Position numbers and translations under genes: made by a program | From: Nymphaea colorata | Lineage: Eukaryota | DNA: 64,000 nucleotides | Direction of reading: 5' to 3' | Assembly (NCBI RefSeq): GCF_008831285.2 | Contig: NC_045138.2 | Span: 39,308,001-39,372,000 of the forward strand | Notes under the pieces: model-generated | Seen by the model: only the letters and a program-made list of their open reading frames with translations | What the model was told of the DNA's origin: nothing | Databases searched by the model: none | Shown: piece after piece, positions 25,201-38,997 of the stretch | How positions within the stretch are numbered: position 1 is the first letter of the stretch | Layout: each line of letters begins with the position of its first letter

Positions 25201-27480
25201 GGGCTCTTGGCATTGACGGCATTAATTGTTATTTCCTTGTCTTTATGCATGACTTGTTGGTTCTTGCAACAATGTTTGTAATCAATTTCATGCATAACAT
25301 TTACGGACAGACCTTCTGTTTTTTTCTTTAATAGGACCGTGAGGTAACATTTCGTCAGATTGATGAATTCTTGAACACCAAGGTGGCACCAAAAGAACTT
25401 GTTGATGAGATAAAGGTATAATATAAACTCATGGTTTCATCTTACACCGTAAACTTGGATTGTTGAAGTCACTGCAAGCAGATAGGAGGGCACAAAATGT
25501 TTCTTAGCAAGCAGATAGGTTATTATGAAAATGTTCCTTACTTTTTGGTTTGAGGCATCCAGAAGTTGCACATTCAGGTTTCTGTTGGGGCCATCCAGAA
25601 GTTGCACATATAGTTTCTCATAACTTTTCCTTTGGAACTTGCAGCTGTTAGGGAAGGCCTTTCTACCAGTGCAAGTGAAAGCAGTTGCTGGTGCTACTGT
25701 CTCTTCAGTCCCAGAACAGAAACCTGAAATAGCTGTAGTTAATGTTGAAGAAAAAAAAGAACCAGAAGCTGAACCCTCTATTGCTGACATGAAGGACAAC
25801 TCAGCACCGCAGCCAGAAATCATTTCTGTAACTCCAAAAATACCAAGACCTTTATCACCATATCCATACGTAAGTTTTTTCCTCTTTTGTCATATTGTTC
25901 TTCTAACTTCTAAGCATCATAGTGCCAGCATCAGCCTGTTTAAATTTATTCTGTATTTTATACTAACGAAACTGTTAGCCTGTTTTTCATGTTGAATCAT
26001 AGAAACTATGCAAAATAAACAAAAAATTTCAAGAAATGAAACTGGCATTTTTCCATGGGAAACCAAACTTTGAGTCTAGTCATATGAAAGAAATTATCCA
26101 AGTGGATCGGCTGTAGTCTGGTCCATCAAGTTTTGGCACAAAACGGGCAAACTGGCTGACCTTCTCATATAAGAAAGGTCCACTGATTATTGGGTAGTGG
26201 AGAGATCGTGGTACTGTTAAACAGGTACTTGTCTGGGTTGGATGTCTTCCAAAGTGGAACAGAAGCATGCAACGATAGGTCAAGAATCTAGCTGTTCATG
26301 TCAGTTACACTACAGGCTTTCCTTAGCCCATGGATCAGATGAGTGTCTTTTTGTATCCATCCAAGAGTTCCATGTAGAGATGTCGCCCTCTATGCTTTAG
26401 AGGTTACAATGAACTAATGAAGTTAACTTTGTGCTTTGTTTAGCTTTTAAAAGCATGTCAGTTTACACCAGCTTTGAAGCACTAGCAACTAATATTCTTA
26501 AACTAGCCAATGGCTTAACACATTTCTTTCTTGTTGATCTATTTCTGACAACTTATTAAGCCTGTTTTTTTAATTTGAAAATTTGTTGCTGACCACATTT
26601 TCGTAACTAGATGGAAAGAGGCCATTATTCTTTTGCTTTTGAATTGGGATCACGTCACAGCTTAAGACCTCTCCATGGCAACAAAGGAAGTTGTCAAGAG
26701 TTTGTTGGAGTCATCGAAGGAAAAAAATAGATTTCCTAGTCTTATTATTTCTTCTATTTGCATCTAAGGATTGATCTTTGAAAAGATCGCTCGATTGGTG
26801 GCTGAAATTGAAACTTGATCAGGAAATATGAAATGAAAGCCATCGTAGTATGCATGCAGGCTAAGATGTGCCTATAAATTAGTAAGCTTGTGTAGATTTC
26901 TTAACAGCTTGAAGGGCTCTTGGCAAAGCAGCATAATGGCAGCAGCTGATACTAGACTTTTTTCGAGAAGGCAGAGCTACAATGAACAGGACGACTGGAA
27001 TTAAAGCTGTGCACTGTCAGCTATAGGATGCCATAATTCTCAGGAGTTAGTAGACAACTTTTAAGCTGTTTGTGGTTCATAACATTACTCTTTCAGCTGC
27101 AGAGAGGGGTGGTCCATTTTTCCACCATGCTTGTGGATGCAATAACTAAAGAAATTTTCCTTTGAAAAGCGTCAGAAACATAAATAGAAAGGGTTATTAC
27201 GGGAACTTACTGGCAAATACCCTGAAATCGGTGGCACTTTAGATAATGGAAAACTAGTGGTTTTCTATGGAATATGCATGTATTTCACCATTTCTTCTGT
27301 TGCTTTTTTCACAAGGTGAGCTTAATGGTAGTATATAATGCTTATTATTTTCCCAGTTTGCCATCGCTGCAAGTTTGTGAACGTCCACTATGTAATGCAT
27401 GATGTGTGATCTCAAATTTTCTTATCTTACAGTATCCAGATTTTAAGCCTCCAACATCGCCTTCACCTTCGCAGCCATGA
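22263..27480 (+). CDS. STR4: Thylakoid rhodanese-like protein TROL / rhodanese-like domain-containing protein 4, chloroplastic (449 aa), 8 exons
   Basis: Exons 22263-22918, 23503-23605, 23700-23786, 23966-24040, 24150-24224, 25335-25415, 25645-25869 and 27433-27480 (1350 nt). Transit peptide, [10 protein letters not shown] site, rhodanese LLDIR...KFDG...DGAEGTRGW, and the C-terminal FNR-binding [24 protein letters not shown]. Confidence 0.93.
24392..25067. repeat. Intronic tandem array, ~155-157-bp unit x4
   Basis: Units begin ATGAAGTAAAACATA at 24392, 24547, 24754 and 24911. Unit 2 carries an extra ~50-bp internal duplication. Confidence 0.95.
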
Positions 27481-28359
27481 AAGCCTATATCATGCATTGA
27501 TCAAGCAGGATGCTTCTAGCTCTGCGCCAAAATGTGAAAGAAAAGCCCTAGGAAGAGACGATCAAATCATTCTGTTCATATAATACCAAGTGTGGAGGGT
27601 TAAGGGACTGATTTCAGGACCTTACCCTAATCTGCTCTGAGCATCCTCAATATCAGTTCAGCCATTTTGTGTGTAATTTCTTGCGATCTGTAAATTTCAA
27701 GAACTTTCTGTTGCTTTAAATAACCTGGTTTACGGTGTTTTATTTATTGGTAATAAAACATATGTACTTGCGGGAAGACAATTTGCCTAGCAACTAATTT
27801 TTATCCAGTTAATGCAGTCCAGGTTGTTCATTCAAACCTGAAAAACTTGAAGAAGCATAGCTGAGAAGCAGTAGTTTTTATTCTCGATTGTGGGATCACT
27901 TACAGGATGGTTGAATATGCTGAAAAGTATTTGGGTAATGCATTTCAGGTGCGTGTGTGCATATGTATGCTACAAACTGTGTATGCCACAAACTGATTAA
28001 ACTGTCGTCTGTCGACTTCTTTCGCGTAAGGCCTTAACTTCATTAGTCAGGTGGACCAAATTCTTTTGGAATTGAAGATCAACTTACCGAGCGGGTGTCC
28101 TTTCCAGTTCCAGGTAAAACACCAGCTGGACCGCATGTGACACGCCTCTTGCTTGAGGGCTAATCAGCATATGTTGAAAAGCTCTGGAATAAACATGGGC
28201 TGTCCCTAATGGTGTTGCATGCCAGCCATCGGTGGATCTGATCCCCTCTCTGTTTAGTTGCCTTCTTGAGTAACGTTTGGTGCTTCTCTTAGATCGATTC
28301 TTTAGAAAGCAGAATGGTACTCGTCATCTATCTATCAGCAGTTTGGAGGAAAGCGGACC

Positions 28360-28409
<50 letters not shown>

Positions 28410-29164
28410 CACTGTTCAGAACAACTACTAGATTTTGTAGCTTTCTGCTTCGATATTTCTTGTATAATTAGATTTTGACAACCCACTGTTTAAACGTTGA
28501 AACGATATTACAATTGCGTGATTGTTCCTTCAACAATAAGAATAAATGTGGAAAGAAATAAAACTTATGGGCTGGTTCGAACTATAATTTGGTGATCTAA
28601 TTTCCTCTTTCTCTCTTAAAAATTGAAGGACTCCCGATTTGACTAGTTGAACCATGTTAAGCGATTTCTAAGAAAACTTGGCGATGATTCGAGGTCCATG
28701 CCTAGCGTTCGGCTTACTTGAAAACCACTTGAGACGATAAGATCCGAAAGGCAATGTCAAAGTGGCGATGATGACGGGGCCGGGCTTGCCTCTTGATTGA
28801 TGGTGTCTCTCGTCTTTGAGCCGTCATCATCCCGCCCACCCTACTGGCTACTGCTAGTTGTTCCTTTCGTTCCTCGTCTTCCTTCGTTATGGCATGATAA
28901 GTAATAGTAGAACTGGTACGTACCCTGGGGGATGGGGAGATGGATGAGGGTTTGGGCTCCCAACCGGGCGGTAGAATGAAATACTCGGAAAAAAAACAGT
29001 GACAGTAGGATTTCGTTATCTGTTGCCCTTTTTTTGTGTTCGTCAGTTCGTCACTTCGTGACTATTTTTTTTTCGTCTAAATCAACAGCGGTTCCGATAA
29101 CAAAGAGTATTCTCCCTGGTAGAAACGGCTATTCAGTTGCTTGGCTCTCGATTACTAGCGCGGG

Positions 29165-31366
29165 ATGGCTCAAAGGTTTGCGTCGTTCAGAAATTGGAAA
29201 CACCATCGCAGGAAGATGCGGTGGTGCCGCTTGTTGGCGAACCAAGCGCTCGATGAAATGTCCCAAAGGGTTGGGGAGCCTCCTTTGCTTGTGAAAAGGA
29301 TTGGTAAGCTCCGTAGTACGGACGAAGCGTCCGAGAGCCTTGTGAATTCAATGAACGTCTTAATAACCAAGCACTCGCAGAAAGGTGAGCTGGACAAGGC
29401 GTGCAGGCTCTTTGACGGTATGGTGGCTAGAGACGTCGTTTCTTGGAACGCCATAATTGCCGGATATGCAAAGTGGGGACTAAAAACTGAAGCCCTGAAG
29501 TTGGTAGTGGAGATGCATCGGGCTGGTGTTGGGCTCAATTCCATAAGTTTTCGTTCTGCTTTAAGTATCTGTGCGGGCTTGAAGAATTTGCAGTTTGGCA
29601 GAACGGTACATTGTCTTGCGATGAGAAGTGGCTATGTAAATTGCGAGTATTCAGGGTTCTCTTTATTGGATTTCTACGTGAAGTGCGATATGGTGGATGA
29701 AGCACGGAAGGCATTTGATGAGCAGAGTCAGGGAACTGCGGTGCCATGGGTATTATTGTTGTCGGCATATGTAAGGCGTGGACGGATGGATGATGCTAAT
29801 CTTTTATTTGAAAGAACGCCTAGAAAAGATGTCGTCTTGTGGACCACTCTGATTTCTGGTTATTCTCGGGGAGGTGAAGCTGCAAAAGCTTTTGAACTCC
29901 TCAATAGAATGCTGATTTCTGGTGTATCCCCAAACGAGTTCACATTCCATGCCATTGTTAGAGTTGCTTCTTGCTTGAAAGATTTGAGATTGGGGAAGAA
30001 GATTCATGGTTGTTTAATTGCTAGGGGTTACGAGGGTGACTTTTCCATCTCTACTGCACTCATTGATCTGTATTGTTACTGTGACAGAGTTGATGATGCA
30101 TTGCATGTATTCTCTCAAATGGAACAACCTTGTTTAAGCTCCTGCAACACATTGCTAGATGGTCTAATTTCGAATGACAGACTCGGTTGTGCAGAAGAAC
30201 TTTTTTTTAAAATGGTGGAACTAAATTCTATAACTTGCAATGTAATGATTAAAGGGTACGCACGATATGGGAAGATCCGGGAAGCAAGACGCCTATTTGA
30301 TCTCATGCCTCAGAAAACTTTAGTTTCTTTTAACACAATTATATCAGGATATGCACTGAATGGTGAACTGAACGATGCGAGAAGATTATTTGAAGCAGTG
30401 GATGTGAAAAAACGGGATACAGTAACCTGGAATGCTCTTATGTGCGGTTATGTGCAGAACAAGCTTCCTGGTGAAGCACTTCTGCTCTATGTGCAAATGC
30501 ATAAACATGCAGTGAAAAGCAATAGATCAACGTTATCAAGCATATTATCTGCTTGTGCATGCCTTGGATCTCTAGAACTAGGGAGATCTGTTCACGCTCA
30601 AGCGGTTAAATCACCTTATGGTTCAAATGTTTATGTTGGGACGTCATGTATCGACATGTATGCGAAGTGTGGCGACATAGCAAGTGCTCAATCAACATTC
30701 TTTCTCATGACCGAGAAAAATGTGGCAGCATGGACTGCACTGATCAATGGATACGCATTTCATGGATTAGGAAATGAGGCAATTGCTCTCTTTGATCAGA
30801 TGTTGGAGGAAGGCATAGAGCCAAACCAGGTTACGTTTGTGGGGGTTCTATCAGCTTGCAGCCACAGCGGGCTTGTTAATAAAGGGATGGACTATTTTAT
30901 TTCTATGAAGGAGACATACTGTATTACTCCCACCTTGGAGCACTATGCCTGCATTGTTTATCTTCTGGGTCGTCTAGGGTACCTTAATGAAGCAGAACAG
31001 TTTATAGGCAACATGCCAATTAGAGCAGATGCTGTTGTTTGGGGAGCTTTGCTGAGTGGCTGCAGGTTCTATTCAAATGTGGAGATGGGTGAAAAGATAG
31101 CCGATAAAATATGTACACTAGATTGTAGAAATACTTCTTCATGTGTGGCATTGTCGAATATTTATGCTGCAGCTGGTAGGTGGATTGACGTGCAAAGCAT
31201 CAGGAAAAGGTCTTCTGCTGTGAAAGATCCAGGTTGTAGTTGGGTAGAACTGGGGAACACTCTGCATTCATTGTATGTAGAAGGCAGATATCATCCCGGT
31301 TCTGCTAAAATTTATGAAGTATTGGATAGATTGGCAGTTAATATTAACTGCACGGCTCAAATATAA
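29165..31366 (+). CDS. Pentatricopeptide repeat protein, PLS class with E/E+ domains and no DYW; probable organellar RNA-editing factor
   Basis: Intronless 733-aa ORF with repeated PPR motifs (DVVSWNAIIAGYAK, DVVLWTTLISGY, NVAAWTALINGYAFHG), E domain (VWGALLSGC), PG box (KDPGCSWVEL) and E+ (HPGSAKIYEVL). Arg/Trp-rich N-terminus resembles a targeting peptide. Confidence 0.95.
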   Translation: MAQRFASFRNWKHHRRKMRWCRLLANQALDEMSQRVGEPPLLVKRIGKLRSTDEASESLVNSMNVLITKHSQKGELDKACRLFDGMVARDVVSWNAIIAGYAKWGLKTEALKLVVEMHRAGVGLNSISFRSALSICAGLKNLQFGRTVHCLAMRSGYVNCEYSGFSLLDFYVKCDMVDEARKAFDEQSQGTAVPWVLLLSAYVRRGRMDDANLLFERTPRKDVVLWTTLISGYSRGGEAAKAFELLNRMLISGVSPNEFTFHAIVRVASCLKDLRLGKKIHGCLIARGYEGDFSISTALIDLYCYCDRVDDALHVFSQMEQPCLSSCNTLLDGLISNDRLGCAEELFFKMVELNSITCNVMIKGYARYGKIREARRLFDLMPQKTLVSFNTIISGYALNGELNDARRLFEAVDVKKRDTVTWNALMCGYVQNKLPGEALLLYVQMHKHAVKSNRSTLSSILSACACLGSLELGRSVHAQAVKSPYGSNVYVGTSCIDMYAKCGDIASAQSTFFLMTEKNVAAWTALINGYAFHGLGNEAIALFDQMLEEGIEPNQVTFVGVLSACSHSGLVNKGMDYFISMKETYCITPTLEHYACIVYLLGRLGYLNEAEQFIGNMPIRADAVVWGALLSGCRFYSNVEMGEKIADKICTLDCRNTSSCVALSNIYAAAGRWIDVQSIRKRSSAVKDPGCSWVELGNTLHSLYVEGRYHPGSAKIYEVLDRLAVNINCTAQI

Positions 31367-33284
31367 AACGAAAGGTCTCTGCACTAGCATGAAGATAATT
31401 AAGCTACTTCACCTGTAAGCTCTTAAGACTATAGGATTCGTGTACATTGCATATTTTTGTAAACAGAAACGGTCCCTAATGTACCATACAATATTGACAA
31501 TTTTTTTAACTATTGCGGATCCTGCTACTGCCAAGTCATTTTTTATGCTTTCGTTTTGAATTGGAACAACCTGATCATTCAGTTGCTAATCCTTCAACTA
31601 ATGGATATGAAATATCATCAATCCTCAACGTTATGAAAATGCAGTTTAAGATCTGTAATCTTCCCTTCTCTGGAAACTGTTCATTTACCACCCCTGATTC
31701 AGCTGGTGCCATAAACCTACAGCTGAATGTGGACACAAGTATTTTTCTATTAAAGGATGTTGTCTTCCACTTGGTCCCAGAAATTAATCAAGGGGACCTT
31801 GAATGCGGAAAGAGGGGAAATGGCATGGCTGCTATATATAAGCAAGGAACTGGACAAGGAAAAACTGTGCTGCCTGGACAACGGTAAGAGATTGAACTTG
31901 GGAAGTGAAAGCGGAGATAACTGATTCGATTGATCAGGCCACTGGGCCCGTTGAACCACATATTGGAAGACAAGAACAAATCTTTCTGGCGTCCGATCAT
32001 CAGGGGAGTATCTCAAGTATGGATTATCCAGGTAATGAGACGGCTAATTCGTAAGCATATATTCCAAGGTGCAACAAGCTTGCAACATCTTCATTATGAG
32101 TTTGACTCTTTCATTTCTCTTGGACTTTTCTCCATTTGGCAACACGATCTTCCGCTCAGCCGGGGTCACCACAAAAAAAATGACAAGACCGGAGAACTGA
32201 AGGCAGCTTACGTTGTCGGAACTGACCATACTCGTGCATTTCGTTTCAGTAATGGCACAAAAATATGCAGGTTGGTTCCATAAAGTACTGTAAATCCTCC
32301 CTCCGTTCCTTTTATGGGCAAAAGCACTCGCATGTGTTCAAGTGAATCATTCTTTCCGTCTTAGAGAAATGCAGCACTCTCAGATTTAGCAGTTATATTG
32401 AATTTTACTCGTGAGATCCATATTCACTAGCTGTGGGAAACCTGTAATTCTATGGTTAATTATATTCTACATGAAATATAATGAAGCGTGAAAATTGAGA
32501 TCAGATTACTACTTCTGTCAGTCTGTGTATCGTCAATACGTTTGGTTCTGTTAAGTTCTCAGTGCAGTGTGAGAGGCTCTTTGTGGCATGAATGAAACAG
32601 CTGCGGCCTAATACTCTGCTGAAGTATCAAATCAAACTTTCGTCTCTGCCCACAAAACGAGATCACGCGCACACGCACAGACGCATCCACTGAGGGATAT
32701 ATAGACGATGGGTAGTAAAGGAACTCAGATCTCTTTGAATTTCATTGTTTCCAAGTAAGCCACAACTCCAGAATCGTAACCGTTTACGTCCCCCAATCCC
32801 TCGCCCACGCGCTCAGGCACGCATGCATACTCACAAGCGCACACGTTTCTGATCTTTTCATTCTGTCTAAAAACCGCCAGCCACTTTTTATAAAGGTCAC
32901 GGCCTTTCCATACCAATCCCTTCACGTGGAAGGACACATGGAACAGATCAAGCATTCGGCACCCACTGGCATGAGAGTGTTGCGTAAAGTTGATGGCATG
33001 AGCAAACCAAGATCAGAGTGCTAGCAGACATGCGGTAAAGGTTTCAGAGCTCAACACCTTCTGCACGTGCCATGTGATTCATGTCTCCCAACTAAAGGAT
33101 TAAATTGAAACAACAGTTTAGCAGATACGACCCAATAATAGAAGTCCTGCTTTGGGATTACAGTGCTCCACACCAAAGCAATATACATTTTAAAACAGGC
33201 ATAATGATGGACTGATGTTTCCTGAGACGGTTGCAGGGGGATGAGTTCACGTGGCCAACCACCTGGGGGAGAAGCGTTGGTGTG

Positions 33285-35800
33285 TCAAGGTATACTTGGT
33301 GGTTGCGTCTTGCTTTCTTCTTTCCTCTTGTAGACAAAGTAGAGCACAAGTTGTGTAAGCCCCAGCGGCATGCCAACAATATTAGGCGCCTGCACCCATC
33401 AAGTTGTTGTAACGATTACAACAGAGTGACAACCAACATGACTGTGACAAGAAAACTCTGTTGATGCCGTTTTCACGCAAGAAAGATGAGCAATTGCCCG
33501 ATCTTCGTGGGAAAAGCTTTGAAGATGCACTAATATACTTTTGATGTTATGCTGACATGTAAGGATGTCATTTTATGCACATGCAGGATGTTATAACGGG
33601 GGAGCATGAACGGTGTAAAGTTTGAAGACCTTGGATCAAATCCCAATCTTACCATTCTGTTGTTTGAGCTTTTCCTCGGTGTTGTCAACATAATTGTTTG
33701 GTGGTCGAGCCACAGCGTCCATTAGAAGCAAAGGATTACACATTGTCTTTTACGCAGTACACAACGGGGACTACTTCTCTCTAGCAGGCTGGTTAGCATA
33801 TACTGGAGAGTGTTCTAGGAGGTGATTCACATTAATAAGAAACGATGCTGGATACCTGATTTTGCATAATAAGAAACCCATGCGATCGATCATGTTCGAA
33901 CAAGTTTCCAGATGGAAACATACAGTTGCGGGAGATTTCTGTCTCAACGAGAATCTTGCTTCCACAGAAGCACACTTATGAAGCAGGACGGTTGGGGCTT
34001 TCTCAAAGAAAGGAAAACTTACCTCTCGTTACTCCTCCAGATTTTTTCGTCTTATCCTAGGGAATTTTTTGCACTAACACATTAATACATTGTATATTCT
34101 GTTATAGTTTACTCCATTATAAACTTTACCTTATTATGTACTCGTGTACGTGCTTTTTATTTATTTACAGTTTTTGTTATAAAATTTACAGTCGTACGCT
34201 TCCTTGACGCTGAAATCGTTGCAGTGAAATATCTCGCTGCCCGCTTCATAGACCTTTTTTGAGGCTTGTTTCTCTGCTTCTGCTTCCTGTACTGCCTGGC
34301 ATGTCCGTTTCGTATCCATTAGTAACTATGAGATGAACCAATTACTTGGTCAGACCGTAATTAAGTTGAGACGCTTCCTCGAAGAGATTCACATGAAGAG
34401 CGAGAGAGAGAGAGAGAGAGAGAGACTTACTGCAACAAACAGATCACGGCCCACCAATCCATATGCCAACCATAGAGAGCTTGAGAGAAACGAGAACAGA
34501 GACAAATAGAACGGCATGAACTCCACGCTTTTCGTCTTGATGACAAGCTTCTACAAGCAAGGACAAAAGATTCAGTCGGCCGTCGAACACAACAGAATCC
34601 GAAAGTTAAAAACAAAACATAGAGAACGCTCGTCTAATCACAAGAGGTAGATGGCATTACCACAACCACCAACGGAGATCCATACATGGCTATTGACGTG
34701 GCTAGTGCTACACTTCCAACAACAACCTTCCGCTGATGATGTTCAGAGAACAAACACCAGGAGATCAACGCAGTGGCTAAGAAAATTATAACTGTTGGTA
34801 TCATGATAGACCATACATGCCACTGCACCAATTGTGGAAATTAGTGTGATGCTCAGACGCTTCCATTGACACTTGGAAGAAATACCCACAAAAGTAGCCA
34901 AGTCAATTAAGAAGCATAACTCATTTCATAACCTTGCCTTGCCCTTTGCTGATGTGAAGTAAAGATATATCAACACGAAGGAAGCCTCCATGAGCATCCC
35001 TGTCCCATTGGTGGTTACTAGAAGAAGATTTTCCCATTTGTAGCTAACCACAGGCAAGCCATACCACGTATACAGAGCACAGTTTAAAAGAGCAACGATA
35101 TAAGGGGTGCAGGAGAAGTCCTCTGTACTTCTTTTCTGGATCACCCTCCTGAATGTTAGTCTGCAGAGACGCATGCAACATCAATCAAGATATCTGTAAG
35201 AATAACAACGTCGAACCAATAAAGTACAACAAAGTTTATGATCTACAGGGCAGTTTATTGGGATGTCAAAGGAAAATAGTCTGACTAACTGCAATTTTTT
35301 CTTTGCAAAATAAATGTAAATGGTAACAATCTTTTCCTTCTTTGCTACGATTTGGTATAGTCTTGGAGAAAATATTTTGTGGTCTGCTCACTTACATGGG
35401 GGCTGCATACAACAGCAAAGAGGTAGCATTGCCTGCAAAAGAAAAACGCATTAGACAACTGAGCTAGTAACAACGTGCACATACGAGAGTCGGGGAATAT
35501 ATGTGAAATTTTTTGTTAAGAGTGCCATCAATCTTTCTTAGATTGGTCTAATATGCATATGTTACAGGTCATATCTGTGCAGGCTGCCGGCTTGGGTACA
35601 TAAGCAGACGTCTCCAGAAGGAAGAGAAGTCGAGGGTCTAGACATGCACAAGTAGCCTAGTTGAAAGCAGAGCATTGGTTCAACTGAGATTTTTTTTCAG
35701 CTAAGAAAACGGAGAGTTCTAAATCAATGGAGAAAGTTGGTTAAAGAAAAACCAGAGAGATACCCATGATGCCTAGAGCTAGCCGGGGTATAGAACCCAT
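33285..35800 (-). CDS. SWEET3: SWEET sugar transporter (clade I, SWEET3-like), copy A, 227 aa, 6 exons
   Basis: Exons 35800-35764, 35432-35396, 35160-34938 (GC donor), 34822-34661, 34550-34431 and 33389-33285. Motifs [48 protein letters not shown]. Internal exon sizes 37/223/162/120 equal those of copy B. The SWEET3 subclade call is from motif recall. Confidence 0.9.
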
Positions 35801-35883
35801 AACTGAAACTGTTTCTAGTTTCTACTTTCTAGCTACAACACAGAACAGGAAGAAATGCTTTTGTAAGGCTACAGCATCTAAGG

Positions 35884-35891
35884 GTATTTAT
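35884..35891 (-). promoter_or_regulatory. TATA box of SWEET copy A
   Basis: TATAAATAC ~85-90 nt upstream of the ATG. The same motif occurs at the equivalent place in copy B. Confidence 0.7.
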
Positions 35892-37390
35892 ATTAGGGAA
35901 GGTCCGGGCGTCCTCATTCGCCTTGCCATTTAAGATACTTGCGTAACATAATTGTCTTCTGTGCTATAGGGAAATCTGCAAAGGGTCCTAACAGGCACAA
36001 CAAATAAAGCAAGACATCCCAGGTGATAATACAAATTAGTAGAAGATATCGGCCAAAATAAAATGGAAGATCACGCAGTGAATCTAAATATGACAGATTT
36101 ACGCGGTATAAATAAAGGCTCTGCTCAAGCCAGCAATCAAAGTCAATAGCTATGACCTGCCATGGTGAAGGCTGTGAAGATTTCACCTTCATCACATTAA
36201 ACCTATCATCCTTTCTTGCTTTTTCTCATTTTAACAATAAAGAGGGACCAGTTACATTTCATCAAAATTTTAGGAACGGACGAGTTTCAGTTTTCTTTTT
36301 TTACATGATATAGTTTTTATTTGCAGAACTTCAACGGCCGTAGCCTTTTGGGCCCTTCAAGAAACGAAATTGGAATTCAATGGTACTTGATCTTTGAATT
36401 AATTTGTCTCTGATGTTACATGGAGTTGTTTGGCCACAAAGACATTCAATAAGTGTCCAATAAATCTACCCTAAATATAGAGCAGATTATAGTTAGTAGA
36501 CACATGTTCAATTAGCTAGTGGTTTGATAGACCCACTCTTTGCTTCAATAATATCTTTTCTTAATTTGGCTACTGTTAATGGTGCCCACTTCGACTTAGA
36601 CTTCCATCTTCCATTCGGAGAGAAATATGTACTTTCAAGTCCTTTTTCTGAGATTCAAGTTGATCAGACTAACGGACTGTTTGGGGGTTCGAGCTTGAAT
36701 TGTAATATCGGGTCAAAATCCAAGTACATATCCATTTTAGTGACACCATTTTCTCTCTCTCTCTCTCTCTTTTTTCCCTTCTTATATATCCAGCTTAGAT
36801 GAAAATTTTGGATTGCATGCACCCATGCACACATCCAGATGTTTCAGCTTTTCGACCAAGAGGAGGATCAGGTTTGGAGATACTTGCTCCGACTGAAGTT
36901 TGGATTCAAACAATTACTGCAAACAAAAGCCATCCTTGAGTTGAATTTTCTGTTGGGTAGTTTAAGTTTTAAGAGAAAATTCAGAATTGTTGAAAATTTT
37001 CTGGTTTCAAATTTCTGAAACTTTCTGACTGTAAGAATCCTGTCTGCATATCTCGAAAAGAATCATGATTATCTGCATTTGTCCATGTTCACTTTCGCCC
37101 CTAAAATTGTCACCCCAAGAAATTGAGAATCAATTCCAGAAATTCGTTGAAGCTATAGCTATAATGATTACAGGCTTTCGCATGGCTTCCATGCTTCAAG
37201 TATGATTTCTATGAATGGAAGATGACGTTAGAACTAAATTCACTCTTTATTTCTCAGACAGAAACAAGATTAAGACACTGAATTTCGGTAAATATTTCAG
37301 GACCTGCTATTATACCTTCAGAGGTCTATCGGTAACAACTAACAACCTTCTCGAACAATTATCTTCCAAGCGAGACAGAAGGCGGGCGCA

Positions 37391-38997
37391 TTATTTCTCT
37401 AGGACCCCTGGTGGGTATTTGTATTTCATATCCCCGGCGTTGCAGTCACCTTCTCCGTTCACTGCCTGTAACTGTGCTCCTTTTTCTACATCCAACTTGC
37501 TGCCCTGAACATTCTTTCTGTCGTTCTTCTTGTACATGCAGTACAAAATAAGTTGCATCAGCCCTAATGGACTGCCTACCAGATTCGGAGCCTGCAACAT
37601 GGCATGGTGTTATATAATTTATGATAAAGTCATAATGAAGATGATGGTATGATGATAGCCATGATATATTATACAAAGATCAACAATCATTTCAGTAGCA
37701 TAAGTAAATCAACGCCACGCTTTGGGTAAAATATAGTCCCCAGCAACAACTTTCGTTTAGACATTAATGTGTTTTTTCCTTCTTTGTTTTGGAAAAGATT
37801 TTCACTGATCGGTCCCACAGTGGTGCTTTACACATACTGCTGTGATTTCTTGTTTCTGAAAAATGAAGTTGTTGATGCCTAACACCTTTAGGCATCTTAA
37901 ATGCTTCTCCACTAAGTGGATAAAATATTGCAATCATGAATCTCTTAGCTTCTCCCTCTCAGGAGGACACCTCTAGGACATGACACTTGTCAGCTGACAC
38001 GTACTCAGCATTTCATGTATAGGATGTTGATTCATAAGCAAATTGGAACATGAAGAGACAACCATTTACTTTTTTCTTTTTTCCCCATTTTTTAGTAGAC
38101 AGATTGCTAAGGATGTCTTGAGATCAACAGTTTAGTGAGCTCCTAGTGGATGCCTTTAAAGAAGAAGAAGACAAGAAACATGCAATGAAATGATGTTTCT
38201 CTGGTAATAAGATAACAAAGGAGAATGATATCAGAAGACACTGAAGACTAAAAATGTGATGATGGGTTTTTGTGTTCCATGGATGATACCATTAGAAACA
38301 AGTCACGCCCCAGTAGCCCGTACGCCATCCATAATGAACTGGCTAAGAAGGAGAAGAGTGACAGGTAGAAAGGCATGAACTCCACACTTTTTGTCTGTAT
38401 GACACGTTTCTGCAAAGTTTGACGAATGCCAAGTTCATCCTTCATGACCACATGCAGTTCTATAATTTCCGGAAGAACAATTATATACAGAACAAGGAAT
38501 TTGAAGAACAAGTTTATGTCTCAAATACCTACCATGACTACCAATGGGGATCCATACATGCACACAGATGCTACCAGTCCAACGCTTCCCACGAACATTT
38601 TTCGATGATGATGGTTAGAAAATTTGAAGGACGATACGCATGCCGTGGCACCGAAAACGAGAAGCACGGCAGCCAGCATTAGAATGACCATCATCTACTC
38701 CACAGCAAGCAGTCAATACGAAGCTACACATCACAGAGTGAAATATCTGCATCTAACTACTGTTAGCTAATTCTCTTCAGCTGTTCTTCTTCTATAATTT
38801 GTGATTGCTTTACTACAACCTACTGTCATTCGCACAAAACAAAGTTAAAGCTTACTTCTTTTAGCACAACCTTTCTTTAATCTCGACTGAGAAATTCAAA
38901 ACCTTCATCTCCTACCGCAGATTGATCAAATATGTGTTTTTATATATTCTACTTTGCACTTATGAGCTTTTCCCATGGTGTTTTCTTGTCAAGCATG

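Noticed and set aside
28765..28832. Hairpin containing TTGAGCCGT, resembling miR171
   Set aside because: Only 9 nt match miR171, the stem is 11 bp, and the arm opposite the seed-like part does not pair.
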